Assembly: GCA_000437755.1 (NCBI GenBank)
Contig: FR900145.1
Location: 50,242 to 114,241 of the forward strand
Direction: 5' to 3'
DNA length: 64,000 nucleotides
Origin: Roseburia sp. CAG:303
Lineage (GTDB): Bacteria > Bacillota > Clostridia > Lachnospirales > Lachnospiraceae
The translations under genes and the position numbers were made by a program. Shown here piece by piece: positions 1 through 10,400 of this stretch. Position 1 is the stretch's first letter; the number at the start of each line of letters is the position of its first letter. The notes beneath the pieces were generated by a model that was not told the DNA's origin, did not search any database, and saw only the letters and a program-made list of their open reading frames with translations.

Positions 1-293
1 TAGCACTTACCGTACTTGATGTACTCGGTTATCTGGATGAGATTCCGGTATGTACCGCATATGAAATCGACGGAGAGATCACAAAGGACTTCCCTGTAAC
101 TACAAAGCTTAAGAAAGCAAAACCTGTATTTACAAAGCTTCCGGGATGGAAATGCGATATCCGGGGAATTAAGAAGTACGAAGAACTTCCGGAAAACTGC
201 AGAAAATACATTGAATTTGTAGAGAAAGAAATCGGAGTAAAGATCACTCTGGTATCCAATGGTCCGGAAAGACATGATATTATTCACAGATAA
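1..293 (+). CDS. purA: adenylosuccinate synthetase, C-terminal fragment (5' end outside window)
   Basis: Frame 3 translation ends ...KLPGWKCDIRGIKKYEELPENCRKYIEFVEKEIGVKITLVSNGPERHDIIHR*, which is the conserved PurA C-terminus; stop TAA at 291-293. Confidence 0.85.
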   Translation, partial: ALTVLDVLGYLDEIPVCTAYEIDGEITKDFPVTTKLKKAKPVFTKLPGWKCDIRGIKKYEELPENCRKYIEFVEKEIGVKITLVSNGPERHDIIHR

Positions 294-303
294 CAGGTGA
301 AAC

Positions 304-582
304 ATGAAAAAAATGAAACAGATAGCAGCTATTATTGCGATTATACTACTGCTTGGTCTGTATGTGTGGTCCTTTATAGCTGCACTGCTTGCAAGACCGG
401 AGTCAAACCAGGTATTCTGGGCAGCAGTGTTCTGTACCATATTTGTACCAATTATACTGTTTCTCTTCATCCGGATGAATGAATACAGAAAAGAAGGTAC
501 AACCATGGCAGACATACGCAGACAGAAAAAACAGATGAAAGCTGCAGAAAAAGCAAAAAATAAGAAAAAGAAAGAAGATTAA
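304..582 (+). CDS. small membrane protein with Lys-rich tail, unknown function
   Basis: 92-aa ORF with two hydrophobic helices then [18 protein letters not shown] tail; weak RBS aggtga. Confidence 0.4.
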   Translation: MKKMKQIAAIIAIILLLGLYVWSFIAALLARPESNQVFWAAVFCTIFVPIILFLFIRMNEYRKEGTTMADIRRQKKQMKAAEKAKNKKKKED

Positions 583-592
583 GGAGAATAAA

Positions 593-1120
593 ATGGCAGA
601 TCAGGAAAACAGAGAATACACATTACTGGAGATTTGGAGAGGTAATGCTTATTCCGCACAGAAGACACAGAAAGAAGCAAATGAATTCTGGGCAAAATAT
701 TTCACAATCGAAAAAGGAATCTATGAGAAGATTCTTGCTGAGCCGGACGTAGTTGTAGAAGGTACGGTAAAGGAACTTGCAGAAAAATATGGTGTTGATC
801 CGCTTGTTATGGTAGGATTCCTTGACGGAATCAATGACAGTCTGAAGAATCCGAATCCAATTGAGACAATGACAGAAGATACGGTTGTAAATCTTGGATA
901 TGATACAGAACTGTTATACAAGAACATGGTAGAAGCCAAAGCAGAATGGCTGTACACACTTGATGCATGGAACACACTGATTCCGAGCGAAGAAAGAAGA
1001 AAAGAACTGTATAAAGAACAGAAGAGTTCTCATACAATTGTAAAAGATAAAAAAGTAGGAAGAAATGATCCGTGTCCTTGCGGCAGTGGAAAGAAATATA
1101 AATATTGCTGCGGCAGATAG
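593..1120 (+). CDS. SEC-C motif domain protein
   Basis: C-terminal [19 protein letters not shown] is a SEC-C metal-binding motif; RBS aaggaga. Confidence 0.6.
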   Translation: MADQENREYTLLEIWRGNAYSAQKTQKEANEFWAKYFTIEKGIYEKILAEPDVVVEGTVKELAEKYGVDPLVMVGFLDGINDSLKNPNPIETMTEDTVVNLGYDTELLYKNMVEAKAEWLYTLDAWNTLIPSEERRKELYKEQKSSHTIVKDKKVGRNDPCPCGSGKKYKYCCGR

Positions 1121-1149
1121 GAACACAGGAAATATCTGGAGGAACGCCT

Positions 1150-2100
1150 ATGAAGAAGCTGTTATTTGTATATAATGCGAGGTCTGGGAAAGCAAGAATT
1201 AAAAGATATCTGTCAGATATCATAAATATATTTATCCAGTCAGGATATTATGTTGAGAGTTATCAGACACAGTCTGTCTGCGATGCGAAGAAACAGATTG
1301 CAGGAAGAGGACAGCATTTTGACCTGATCGTTGTAGCAGGAGGCGATGGCACATTGAATGAGGGTATCTCCGGAATGATGCATCTGGGAAGACGAATTCC
1401 GATTGGCTATATTCCGTCCGGTTCAACGAATGATTTTGCAACAAGTCTCAAACTTCCAAAGGATATGCTGCAGGCAGCGAAGCTAGCGGTGGATGGAAAT
1501 CCGGCCTATGTTGATATAGGCGGATTTAACCGCAGTAATTTTGTTTATATTGCTGCATTTGGTGCATTTACGGATGTATCCTACAGTACGCCACAGGATT
1601 TGAAAAATCTTCTGGGACATTCTGCTTATATTATCGAGGCCCTGAAACAGTTTGGAAATATCATGACAAGTTACCATTTCAGAATTGAACGGGAAAATGG
1701 GCAGATTATAGAGGATGATTTTATTTATGGCATGGTGACTAACTCGGTTTCGGCAGGTGGGTTCAAAGGAATTACCGGAAGAAACATTATTCTAGATGAT
1801 GGACTGTTTGAAGTCACATTACTTAAGAAGCCGAAGAATCCGCTGGAATTGCAGGATATGATTAGCAGCATTATTACGCAGAAGAAATGCAAGAATATCA
1901 TCTCTTTTAAAGCATCGAAGCTGAAATTTTATTCTGAAGAAAAAGTAAAATGGGTTCTGGATGGAGAATATGGCGGATGCCTCAAAAAAGTAATTATCCG
2001 GAATTATAAATGTGCGGTAAAAGTGATGACCGGACTGGATATCAGTAGAAAAGATAAAGTCATTGATAAAGTGAAAATGACTCTAAATTTAGACAAATAG
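1150..2100 (+). CDS. diacylglycerol kinase family lipid kinase (YegS/DagK/BmrU-like)
   Basis: N-terminal LLFVYNARSGK...DLIVVAGGDGTLNE is the DAGK_cat signature; GGAGG RBS 8 nt upstream of ATG 1150 (ORF track begins 1105). Confidence 0.8.
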   Translation: MKKLLFVYNARSGKARIKRYLSDIINIFIQSGYYVESYQTQSVCDAKKQIAGRGQHFDLIVVAGGDGTLNEGISGMMHLGRRIPIGYIPSGSTNDFATSLKLPKDMLQAAKLAVDGNPAYVDIGGFNRSNFVYIAAFGAFTDVSYSTPQDLKNLLGHSAYIIEALKQFGNIMTSYHFRIERENGQIIEDDFIYGMVTNSVSAGGFKGITGRNIILDDGLFEVTLLKKPKNPLELQDMISSIITQKKCKNIISFKASKLKFYSEEKVKWVLDGEYGGCLKKVIIRNYKCAVKVMTGLDISRKDKVIDKVKMTLNLDK

Positions 2101-2154
2101 CACAGATAATGAAGCAATAATTTAATAGTTTTTCACAAAAATAGATTTTTTTCG

Positions 2155-2183
2155 ACAGCCATGTTTACATGGCTGTTGTTTTC
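2155..2183 (+). terminator. rho-independent terminator after dagK-like gene
   Basis: acagccatg-ttta-catggctgt hairpin followed by tgttttc. Confidence 0.6.
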
Positions 2184-2239
2184 GGTTATAATAACAAAGA
2201 TACATATAATAGCCTTACTATCGAAATGGGAGATACACT

Positions 2240-3385
2240 ATGAATGATATAGCAATGAACGAAGAGAAAATATTTTTGGAAAGCCTGGAACAACTGGTAG
2301 AACTTGCGAAATCAAAAAAGAATATGCTTGAAATTTCGGACATTGACAAATTTTTAAAAGATAAAAGTATTAGTGCGGAACATATAGATTTGATCTATCA
2401 GTATCTGGAGGAGAAAAAGATAGATGTAGTTCCGAATACGGAAGAAGCTTTTTTGGAAGAAGATGATCTTCTTTTAGAGCCTACCGATGATGATTTTGAA
2501 GATGAAGAGAATATTGATTTAGATGCTATAAATCTTCTGGAAGGGATCGGAACGGAAGATCCGGTCAGAATGTATTTGAAAGAAATTGGTACTGTACCTC
2601 TTTTATCTGCGGATGAAGAGTTACGTCTTGCCAGAGAAAAAGCAGAAGGCGGACCAAGAGGACAGAGAGCGAAAGAAAAACTCATAGAGGCCAATTTACG
2701 ACTGGTAGTAAGTATTGCAAAGCGTTATACAGGAAGAGGTATGAGTTTTCTGGATCTTGTCCAGGAAGGAAACCTGGGACTGATCAAAGGGGTTGAGAAA
2801 TTTGATCCGGATAAGGGATTCAAACTCAGTACTTATGCAACATGGTGGATTCGCCAGTCCGTTACAAGGGCACTTGCCGATCAGGCACGTACGATCCGTG
2901 TACCGGTGCATATGGTGGAAACCATCAACAGAATGTCCAAGATGCAGAGAAAGCTGACATTGGAGCTGGGATACGAACCGTCCACGGCAGAACTGGCCAA
3001 TGCACTGGATATGCCGGAAGAAAAAGTACTTGAGATTATGCAGATTGCAAGAGAACCAGCTTCTCTGGAAACACCTATCGGTGAAGAGGATGATTCCAAT
3101 CTGGGAGATTTTGTTGCAGATAACAATACAGTCACACCGGAACAGAATGTGGAATCCGTTATGCTGAGAGAACATATAGATATCCTGCTGCAGGATTTAA
3201 AAGACAGGGAAAAACAGGTTATTGTACTGCGGTTCGGACTGGAAGACGGGCATCCGAGAACATTGGAAGAAGTAGGTAAGGAATTCAATGTTACAAGAGA
3301 AAGAATACGCCAGATTGAAGCAAAGGCATTGCGGAAATTAAGAAATCCGGTTAGAAGTAAAAAGATTAAGGACTTCCTCATGTAG
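2240..3385 (+). CDS. sigA: RNA polymerase sigma-70 factor SigA/RpoD
   Basis: Regions 1.1 to 4 recognisable: acidic N-terminus, ...[16 protein letters not shown]..., [14 protein letters not shown], and [27 protein letters not shown] at the C-terminus. Confidence 0.95.
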   Translation: MNDIAMNEEKIFLESLEQLVELAKSKKNMLEISDIDKFLKDKSISAEHIDLIYQYLEEKKIDVVPNTEEAFLEEDDLLLEPTDDDFEDEENIDLDAINLLEGIGTEDPVRMYLKEIGTVPLLSADEELRLAREKAEGGPRGQRAKEKLIEANLRLVVSIAKRYTGRGMSFLDLVQEGNLGLIKGVEKFDPDKGFKLSTYATWWIRQSVTRALADQARTIRVPVHMVETINRMSKMQRKLTLELGYEPSTAELANALDMPEEKVLEIMQIAREPASLETPIGEEDDSNLGDFVADNNTVTPEQNVESVMLREHIDILLQDLKDREKQVIVLRFGLEDGHPRTLEEVGKEFNVTRERIRQIEAKALRKLRNPVRSKKIKDFLM

Positions 3386-3407
3386 GAGGTCCTTTTCCAG
3401 TTTATTA

Positions 3408-3610
3408 GGTAATTGCGAAACACTTAAATTTTTGTAAATGCATATGCAAATGAAACATTACCACGAAGGCACGCTCTCGCTACATTCGGCTGGTAGCGGT
3501 ACTAAGATGCTAAAATACAGCATCTAAGTGCCGACCGCCTCATAGTACCTTCTTAGTAATTGTTTGATTTGCATATACAATAAAGATAAACTATGAGTTT
3601 CGCAATTACC
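3408..3610. repeat. structured intergenic element bounded by 14-bp inverted repeats (ggtaattgcgaaac / gtttcgcaattacc) with inner 18-bp IRs and a three-hairpin core; flanked by about 48-bp direct repeats (3391-3438 and 3609-3665)
   Basis: Direct reading of sequence; see findings. Confidence 0.5.
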
Positions 3611-3685
3611 TTTTCCAGTTTATAATAAAAAGGAGTAATTGCAAAACACTTAAATATTTATAAAAGACTGCAAAAGGAGATTAAA

Positions 3686-6385
3686 ATGAAAGAATACAGC
3701 ATAAAGTTCCATGATAACCGTCTGGTGGATACGGATGGTCTGAATGTGGAGCAGATAAGTGACCATTCATACCGCATCAGCATTGCTGACGGAAGATATA
3801 ATGTCAGGGTTCTGGATGGGGATTTGAATGACAGAGGGGATGTGAATGTGTATACAACCTTAAACCACGTCCGTCAGAATCCGATCTGGGCGGGGGATAA
3901 GGTGATACGTTCCGGGTGTTATAAGACCGAAGTAAAAAACGGATGCATGGAAATCAGTTTCTCCGGAAAATATGTATGTATACAGGGGATTGATATTGCG
4001 GCAGAGATTGAGGACGAGATCGAATCGCTTTCTGCCGGGGTTCATGCATCGGAAGAAAAATCCTCGGTCAGATTATTCATCCGGAGAAACACGCAGTATG
4101 AAAAGGTTCATTTATACAGGAAAAAGTGTGGAAGCGGAATGGATCCGGAGATGATTGAACTGTGCGGGGAAGAATATGTGGATGAAGATGTCCTGCTGTG
4201 TGAAAGCTACGAATATTATGCCTGCATTGTGGACAACCTTGGATTCGAGGGAAAGATTTCGGATAAAATAACCGTAGAGATAGCAGATAAAACGGCCGCA
4301 AAACCGGAGATAAAAAACTATACGGTAAAAACAGTGAATGAGCATACCACGAAGCTGACCTGGGAGGGAAAAGCATGGAAATACCGCATTTACCGGAAAA
4401 CAGCAGTCAGTAACTACAAATTTCTGGGAGAAACAGAGAACTGTAGTTTTACAGATGAAACCATGATTACCGATCGGAGTTATATTTATGCGGTACAGGC
4501 TCTTTCAACCGGCGGAAAAAGCAGACGGAAAGAAGCAGAGTCACAGATTTTTGCGCCACTTCGCAGGCGGCAGATGGAACAGCTTGACAGAGGTGCTGTG
4601 GCGATACGCACAAGGCGGGGAATGTATCTGACCTTCCGGCTCGCCGCCTGGGAATATGAAACGGCGGAGTTTCATATTTATGCGGACGGAAAACGGATTG
4701 CACAGATTGGAAAACACGATGCAACGAATTATCTGGATAAAAAAGGCGATCTCCATACCCGGTATGAGATAAAGAAGGTTACGAACGGAAAAGAAGAAGA
4801 ACATGGATACATTGCAAAGAATCTGGCACATAACTATTTCGATTTGCCGATAAACAAACCGGCGGATTACAAAGCTCCGGATGGAGCGATCTATTCCTAT
4901 ACGGCAAATGATGCAAGTGTCGCAGATCTTGACGGAGATGGCGAGTACGAACTGATTTTGAAGTGGGACTGTGCAGGACGGGATAATTCCCATGCGGGAT
5001 ATTCCGGGCCGGTATTTCTCGATGCCTATAAACTGGATGGACGTATGCTGTGGAGAATCGATCTTGGAAGAAATATCCGGGCAGGAGCACATTATACCCA
5101 GTTCATGGTATATGATTTTGATGGGGACGGATATGCGGAAATGATCGTAAAGACGGCAGACGGAACCAGAGATGCCGCTGGAAATTATGTCGGGGACAAG
5201 ACAAAAGATTACCGCAACCGGGAAGGATTCATTATCGAAGGACCAGAGTATCTGTCTTTGTTTGATGGAAGATACGGAACCCTGCTGGACACCATTCCAT
5301 ACGACCCGCCGCGTGGCAATATTGCCGATTGGGGTGACTCCTGGGGCAATCGTGTGGATCGCTTCCTCGCCTGCGTGGCATATCTTGACGGCATACATCC
5401 GAGCGCGGTTATGTGCCGCGGTTACTACGATCACGGCAGACCGGCACATCTGGCAGCCTGGGATGTAAAAGATAAAAAATTAGTAAAACGCTGGAAATTT
5501 GAGGCAAATCACAAGCAGAACATCGAGTATACCAACCAGGGCTTCCATAACCTGGCGGTGGCCGATGTGGACGATGACGGCTGTGACGAGATTATCTACG
5601 GAGCATGTGTCATTGACCATGACGGAACCGGGCTGTATTCGACCGATCTGGGACACGGAGATGCCATGCATGTGGGTAAATTCACGAAAGACTCACCGGG
5701 ATTCGATTACTTTGGAATCCATGAAGATGCGGACTGCCCGTGGGGCATCGAGGCACACGATGCAGGAACCGGAAAACACCGGTTTGGGATTCGTACCGGA
5801 AAAGATACCGCAAGAGGGCTGACTGCCAAAATTGATCCGAGGTATGATGGAAACCAGATGTGGGCATACTATGGCGGTGGGTTATATAATTATGCGGACG
5901 GAAAGAAAATCACGGATACATTTCCGGAGCAGGTGAATTTTGCCATCTGGTGGGACGGCGATCTGCTGAGGGAACTTCTGGATCATGACTGGTATGGCTA
6001 TGAAACGGGAGTTGGAATTCCGAAGATTTACAAGTGGAACTGGAGAACGGAGGAAACAGAAATCCTGCTTTCCACCGATCAGGTGCTATCCAATAACGGA
6101 ACAAAAGGAAACCCGTGTATTCAGGCATGTCTGTTCGGGGATTGGCGGGAAGAAGCTGTATTCCGTGGAAAAAACAGTGAATTTCTGAGGATTTATACCA
6201 CAACCGAACCGACAAAGTGCAGAATCTATACCCTGATGCATGATGCGGTTTACCGCATGGGGATTGCATGGCAGAATACGGCATACAACCAGCCGCCGCA
6301 GACAGGTTTCTATATCGGCCCGGATATGAAAGGAATCAAAGTTCCGCCGCAGGATTATATCAGCCCGGCAAAAATGGGAGAATAA
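3686..6385 (+). CDS. polysaccharide lyase family 11 (rhamnogalacturonan endolyase YesW/YesX-like) with N-terminal FN3-like region; no signal peptide
   Basis: Beta-propeller Ca-site motifs VADLDGDGEYELILKWD, VYDFDGDGYAEMIVKTADG, VADVDDDGCDEIIYGACVIDHDG; DWGDSWGNRVDRFLACVAYLDG; LFGDWREEAVFR. Confidence 0.6.
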   Translation: MKEYSIKFHDNRLVDTDGLNVEQISDHSYRISIADGRYNVRVLDGDLNDRGDVNVYTTLNHVRQNPIWAGDKVIRSGCYKTEVKNGCMEISFSGKYVCIQGIDIAAEIEDEIESLSAGVHASEEKSSVRLFIRRNTQYEKVHLYRKKCGSGMDPEMIELCGEEYVDEDVLLCESYEYYACIVDNLGFEGKISDKITVEIADKTAAKPEIKNYTVKTVNEHTTKLTWEGKAWKYRIYRKTAVSNYKFLGETENCSFTDETMITDRSYIYAVQALSTGGKSRRKEAESQIFAPLRRRQMEQLDRGAVAIRTRRGMYLTFRLAAWEYETAEFHIYADGKRIAQIGKHDATNYLDKKGDLHTRYEIKKVTNGKEEEHGYIAKNLAHNYFDLPINKPADYKAPDGAIYSYTANDASVADLDGDGEYELILKWDCAGRDNSHAGYSGPVFLDAYKLDGRMLWRIDLGRNIRAGAHYTQFMVYDFDGDGYAEMIVKTADGTRDAAGNYVGDKTKDYRNREGFIIEGPEYLSLFDGRYGTLLDTIPYDPPRGNIADWGDSWGNRVDRFLACVAYLDGIHPSAVMCRGYYDHGRPAHLAAWDVKDKKLVKRWKFEANHKQNIEYTNQGFHNLAVADVDDDGCDEIIYGACVIDHDGTGLYSTDLGHGDAMHVGKFTKDSPGFDYFGIHEDADCPWGIEAHDAGTGKHRFGIRTGKDTARGLTAKIDPRYDGNQMWAYYGGGLYNYADGKKITDTFPEQVNFAIWWDGDLLRELLDHDWYGYETGVGIPKIYKWNWRTEETEILLSTDQVLSNNGTKGNPCIQACLFGDWREEAVFRGKNSEFLRIYTTTEPTKCRIYTLMHDAVYRMGIAWQNTAYNQPPQTGFYIGPDMKGIKVPPQDYISPAKMGE

Positions 6386-6388
6386 GTG

Positions 6389-7189
6389 ATGCAGTTATAT
6401 TTTGAAATCATGGGACTAAGGATACCGGCATATTCTACGATGGCTTTGGCAGGCTTTCTCTGTGCGTTGGTTGTGGCGCGGAAACTGGCAAAGAATATCA
6501 TGACATACGATTTCTGGTGTGCCATTAGTTATGGGGGAATCGCAATGATTGCGGGGGCAAAATTATTCTATGCCATTCCATTTCTTATACAGGGAAATAC
6601 AGGGAATCTCCGGGAATTATTTGCCGGCTATGTGTTTTACGGCGGTATGCTTGGCATGACAGCGGGCATTGCCTTCTATGCCCGCATGAGAAAACAACCC
6701 GTCACGATGTATCTCGATATTCTGGCGGTTGTTATTCCTTTGTTTCACGGGTTTGGAAGGCTGGGCTGTTTTTTTGCCGGCTGCTGTTATGGCAGGGAAT
6801 ATCACGGTATCTTTGCCGTCCATTTTCCGGCGAATCCATACGAACCGGGCATAGAACTTGTACCGAGAGTTCCAGTTCAGATCATGGAAAGCCTGTGCAA
6901 TTTCCTGCTGTTCTTTTTTCTGCTATGGTACAGGAAGAAGAAGCCGGCACCGGGAAGGATAATGGGACTGTATCTAACCATCTATCCGGCGGTTCGGTTT
7001 CTGCTGGAAATGCTGCGTGGAGATATGGTTCGTGGAGTATATCAGATCGCCGGCATAGCATTTTCCACGTCCCAGCTGATCAGTGTGGTATTATTTACAA
7101 CTGGAATTGTTCTGATTCAACATAAAATTCCGGAAAATGACATGGAAAATAAAAAAAGTGAAAAAAAGTTTCAAAAAAATAGAAGGTAA
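6389..7189 (+). CDS. lgt: prolipoprotein diacylglyceryl transferase (Lgt)-like membrane protein
   Basis: Multi-TM protein with FGRLGCFFAGCCYGREY, which matches the Lgt G-R-x-G-x-F signature; start overlaps the PL11 stop (GTGATG). Confidence 0.55.
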   Translation: MQLYFEIMGLRIPAYSTMALAGFLCALVVARKLAKNIMTYDFWCAISYGGIAMIAGAKLFYAIPFLIQGNTGNLRELFAGYVFYGGMLGMTAGIAFYARMRKQPVTMYLDILAVVIPLFHGFGRLGCFFAGCCYGREYHGIFAVHFPANPYEPGIELVPRVPVQIMESLCNFLLFFFLLWYRKKKPAPGRIMGLYLTIYPAVRFLLEMLRGDMVRGVYQIAGIAFSTSQLISVVLFTTGIVLIQHKIPENDMENKKSEKKFQKNRR

Positions 7190-7201
7190 ATTGTTTCTAA
7201 A

Positions 7202-7238
7202 ACGTGGAGTTCCAGATGAGAATTCCACGTTTTACTTT
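7202..7238 (+). terminator. rho-independent terminator after lgt
   Basis: acgtggagttc...gaattccacgt 11-bp stem followed by ttttac. Confidence 0.65.
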
Positions 7239-7417
7239 TAAATAAACAGACAATAAATAAATAAAAAAATAAATAGTCAAATTATCAGACAATACAACTA
7301 AAAAAACATATTTACAAATGAAAAAGATAGTAGTATATTATATACAGCTTAAGGAAAAAGACAAATGTCCTTGCGGTAAAGACACACAATAACTCAAGGG
7401 ATAGATGGAGGATAAAG

Positions 7418-10400
7418 ATGCAGCAGAAAGCGAATGGATTATACGATCCGAGATTTGAACATGATAACTGTGGTATCGGAGCAATTGTTAATATCAAAGG
7501 AAATAAAGATCACGAGGCAGTAGAAGGTGCGCTTGGTATCGTAGAGCATCTCGAACACAGAGCAGGAAAAGATGCGGAAGGAAAGACCGGTGATGGTGTC
7601 GGAATCCTTTTACAGATTTCCCATAAGTTTTTTAAGAAGGTGGCAGATTCCCTCGGCATTTCACTGGGAAATGAGAGAGAATACGGTGTCGGAATGTTTT
7701 TCTTCCCACAGGATGAATTACAGAGAAAACAGGCAATGAAGATGTTTGAAATCATTGTCAAGAAAGAAGGACTTGAGTTCCTCGGCTGGAGACAGGTTCC
7801 AACACATCCGGATGTACTGGGACATAAGGCAGTCGAAGTTATGCCGTGTATCATCCAGGCATTCATCCGCAAGCCGGCAAAAGTAAATGCAGGTATTGAT
7901 TTTGACCGCAAACTGTATGTGGCAAGACGTGTATTTGAACAGTCTAACGAAGATACCTATGTTGTATCACTTTCGAGCAGAACGATTGTATACAAGGGTA
8001 TGTTCCTGGTTGGACAGCTCCGTACCTTCTTCAGTGACTTACAGGATCCGGATTATGAATCAGCCATCGCCATTGTACATTCCAGATTCAGTACGAATAC
8101 ACAGCCGAGCTGGATGAGGGCACATCCGAACAGACTGCTGGTACATAACGGTGAGATTAACACCATCCGCGGAAATGTGGATAAGATGATTGCAAGGGAA
8201 GAAACCATGCATACTTCATGTCTTGCAGATGAGATTAACAAGGTAATACCGGTTATCAATGCAGAGGGTTCTGATTCCGCAAGACTGGATAATATGCTTG
8301 AATTCATGGTAATGAGTGGAATGGATCTCCCGCTTGCCGTAATGATAGCCATTCCGGAACCGTGGGACAATAACTTAAATATCAGCCAGGCAAAGAGAGA
8401 TTTCTATCAGTATTATGCAACCATGATGGAACCATGGGACGGACCGGCATCCATTCTGTTTTCCGATGGTGATGTGATGGGTGCGGTACTTGACCGTAAC
8501 GGATTAAGACCTTCCAGATATATGATTACCACGGACGATAAGCTCATTCTTTCTTCCGAAGTCGGAGTGCTTGACATTGATCCGGCAAAGATTGTTGTCA
8601 AAGAAAGATTAAGACCGGGCAAGATGCTCCTGGTAGATACCGTACAGGGCAGAGTCATCGATGATGAAGAATTAAAAGAAAAATATGCAAAAAGACAGCC
8701 ATATGGTGAGTGGCTCGATGCAAATATCGTAAAACTTCAGGATTTGAAGATTCCGAATAAGAGAGTGGAAGAATATTCCAAGGAAGAACTCCAGAAACTG
8801 CAGAAATCTTTTGGTTATACTTATGAAGATGTAAAGACCAGCATTCTTCCGATGGCACTGACCGGAACAGAACAGATTTCAGCCATGGGAAATGATACCC
8901 CGTTAGCAGTTCTTTCCGACCGCAACCAGCCGCTGTTCAATTATTTCAAACAGTTGTTTGCACAGGTTACCAATCCGCCGATTGATGCGATCCGTGAGGA
9001 AGTCGTAACATCCACAACCGTTTATGTCGGCTCAGAAGGCAATATCCTCGAGGAATCACCGGAAAACTGCAAGGTATTGAGAGTTAATAACCCGATTCTT
9101 ACCAGCACAGACCTGTTAAAGATTAAAAATATGAAGGTGGACGGCTTTAAAGTAGCAGTCATTCCGATTATTTATTATAAAAATACATCCTTAAAGAAAG
9201 CGATTGACCATGTATTCCTGGAAGCAGACAGGGCACACAAGGACGGTGCCAATATCCTGATTCTGTCAGACAGGGGTGTGGATGAAAATCATGTAGCCAT
9301 TCCGTCACTGCTTGCGGTATCCGCACTGCATCAGCATCTGGTAGTGACAAAGAAGAGAACCTCACTTGCCATCATTCTGGAAAGCGGCGAACCGAGAGAA
9401 GTACATCACTTCGCAACATTGCTCGGCTATGGTGCATGTGCCATCAATCCATATCTGGCACAGGATTCCATCCGCGAACTGATTGATGAAAACTTATTGG
9501 ATAAAGATTATTATGCAGCAGTCAATGATTATAACTCAGCGATTCTGCATGGTATCGTAAAGATTGCTTCCAAGATGGGAATTTCCACGATCCAGTCCTA
9601 TCAGGGTTCACAGATTTTTGAAGCCATCGGTATTAATAAAGAAGTAATAGATACATATTTTACCAATACAGTCAGCAGAATCGGCGGTATTTCCTTAAAG
9701 GATATTGAGAGTGATGTTAATAAGCTTCATTCCAAAGCATTTGACCCGTTAGATCTCGGTGTGGACTATACCCTCGACAGCGAAGGAACACACAAGTTCC
9801 GGAGCGGAAAAACCGAACATTTATACAATCCAAAGACCATACATCTTCTTCAGGAGTCTACGAGAACAGGAAACTATGATCTGTTTAAGGAATATACGAA
9901 AGAAGTCGATGCGGAAGGCCAGGATGTAAACCTGAGAGGACTCATGGACTTCAATTATCCGAAGAAATCCATTCCGCTTGACCAGGTAGAAAGCATTGAT
10001 TCCATCGTGCGCAGATTTAAGACAGGTGCAATGTCCTATGGTTCTATTTCAAAAGAAGCACATGAAACCCTTGCAATTGCCATGAATACCCTGCATGGAC
10101 GTTCCAACAGTGGTGAAGGTGGCGAGGACCTCGAAAGACTGACCGTAGGACCGGATGGACTGAACAGATGTTCTGCCATCAAACAGGTAGCATCCGGAAG
10201 ATTTGGTGTTACATCCAGATATCTTGTCAGCGCAAATGAAATCCAGATTAAGATGGCACAGGGAGCAAAACCGGGTGAAGGCGGTCATCTGCCAGGCAAG
10301 AAAGTTTATCCGTGGATTGCAAAGACCAGACATTCAACACCGGGTGTAAGCCTTATCTCCCCACCACCGCATCATGATATTTATTCGATCGAAGATTTGG

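Noticed and set aside
1105-1149. Longer DagK start ([15 protein letters not shown])
   Set aside because: Overlaps the SEC-C gene end. ATG 1150 has a GGAGG RBS and begins the conserved MKKLLFVYN kinase N-terminus.
3386-3685. Insertion sequence / transposon
   Set aside because: It has terminal inverted repeats but no transposase ORF and is only ~200 bp. At most it is a MITE-like or regulatory element, and it cannot be called a mobile element without copy-number data.
4541-5449. 302-aa minus-strand ORF
   Set aside because: Antisense shadow inside the PL11 gene; Cys/Ile-rich nonsense composition and no RBS.
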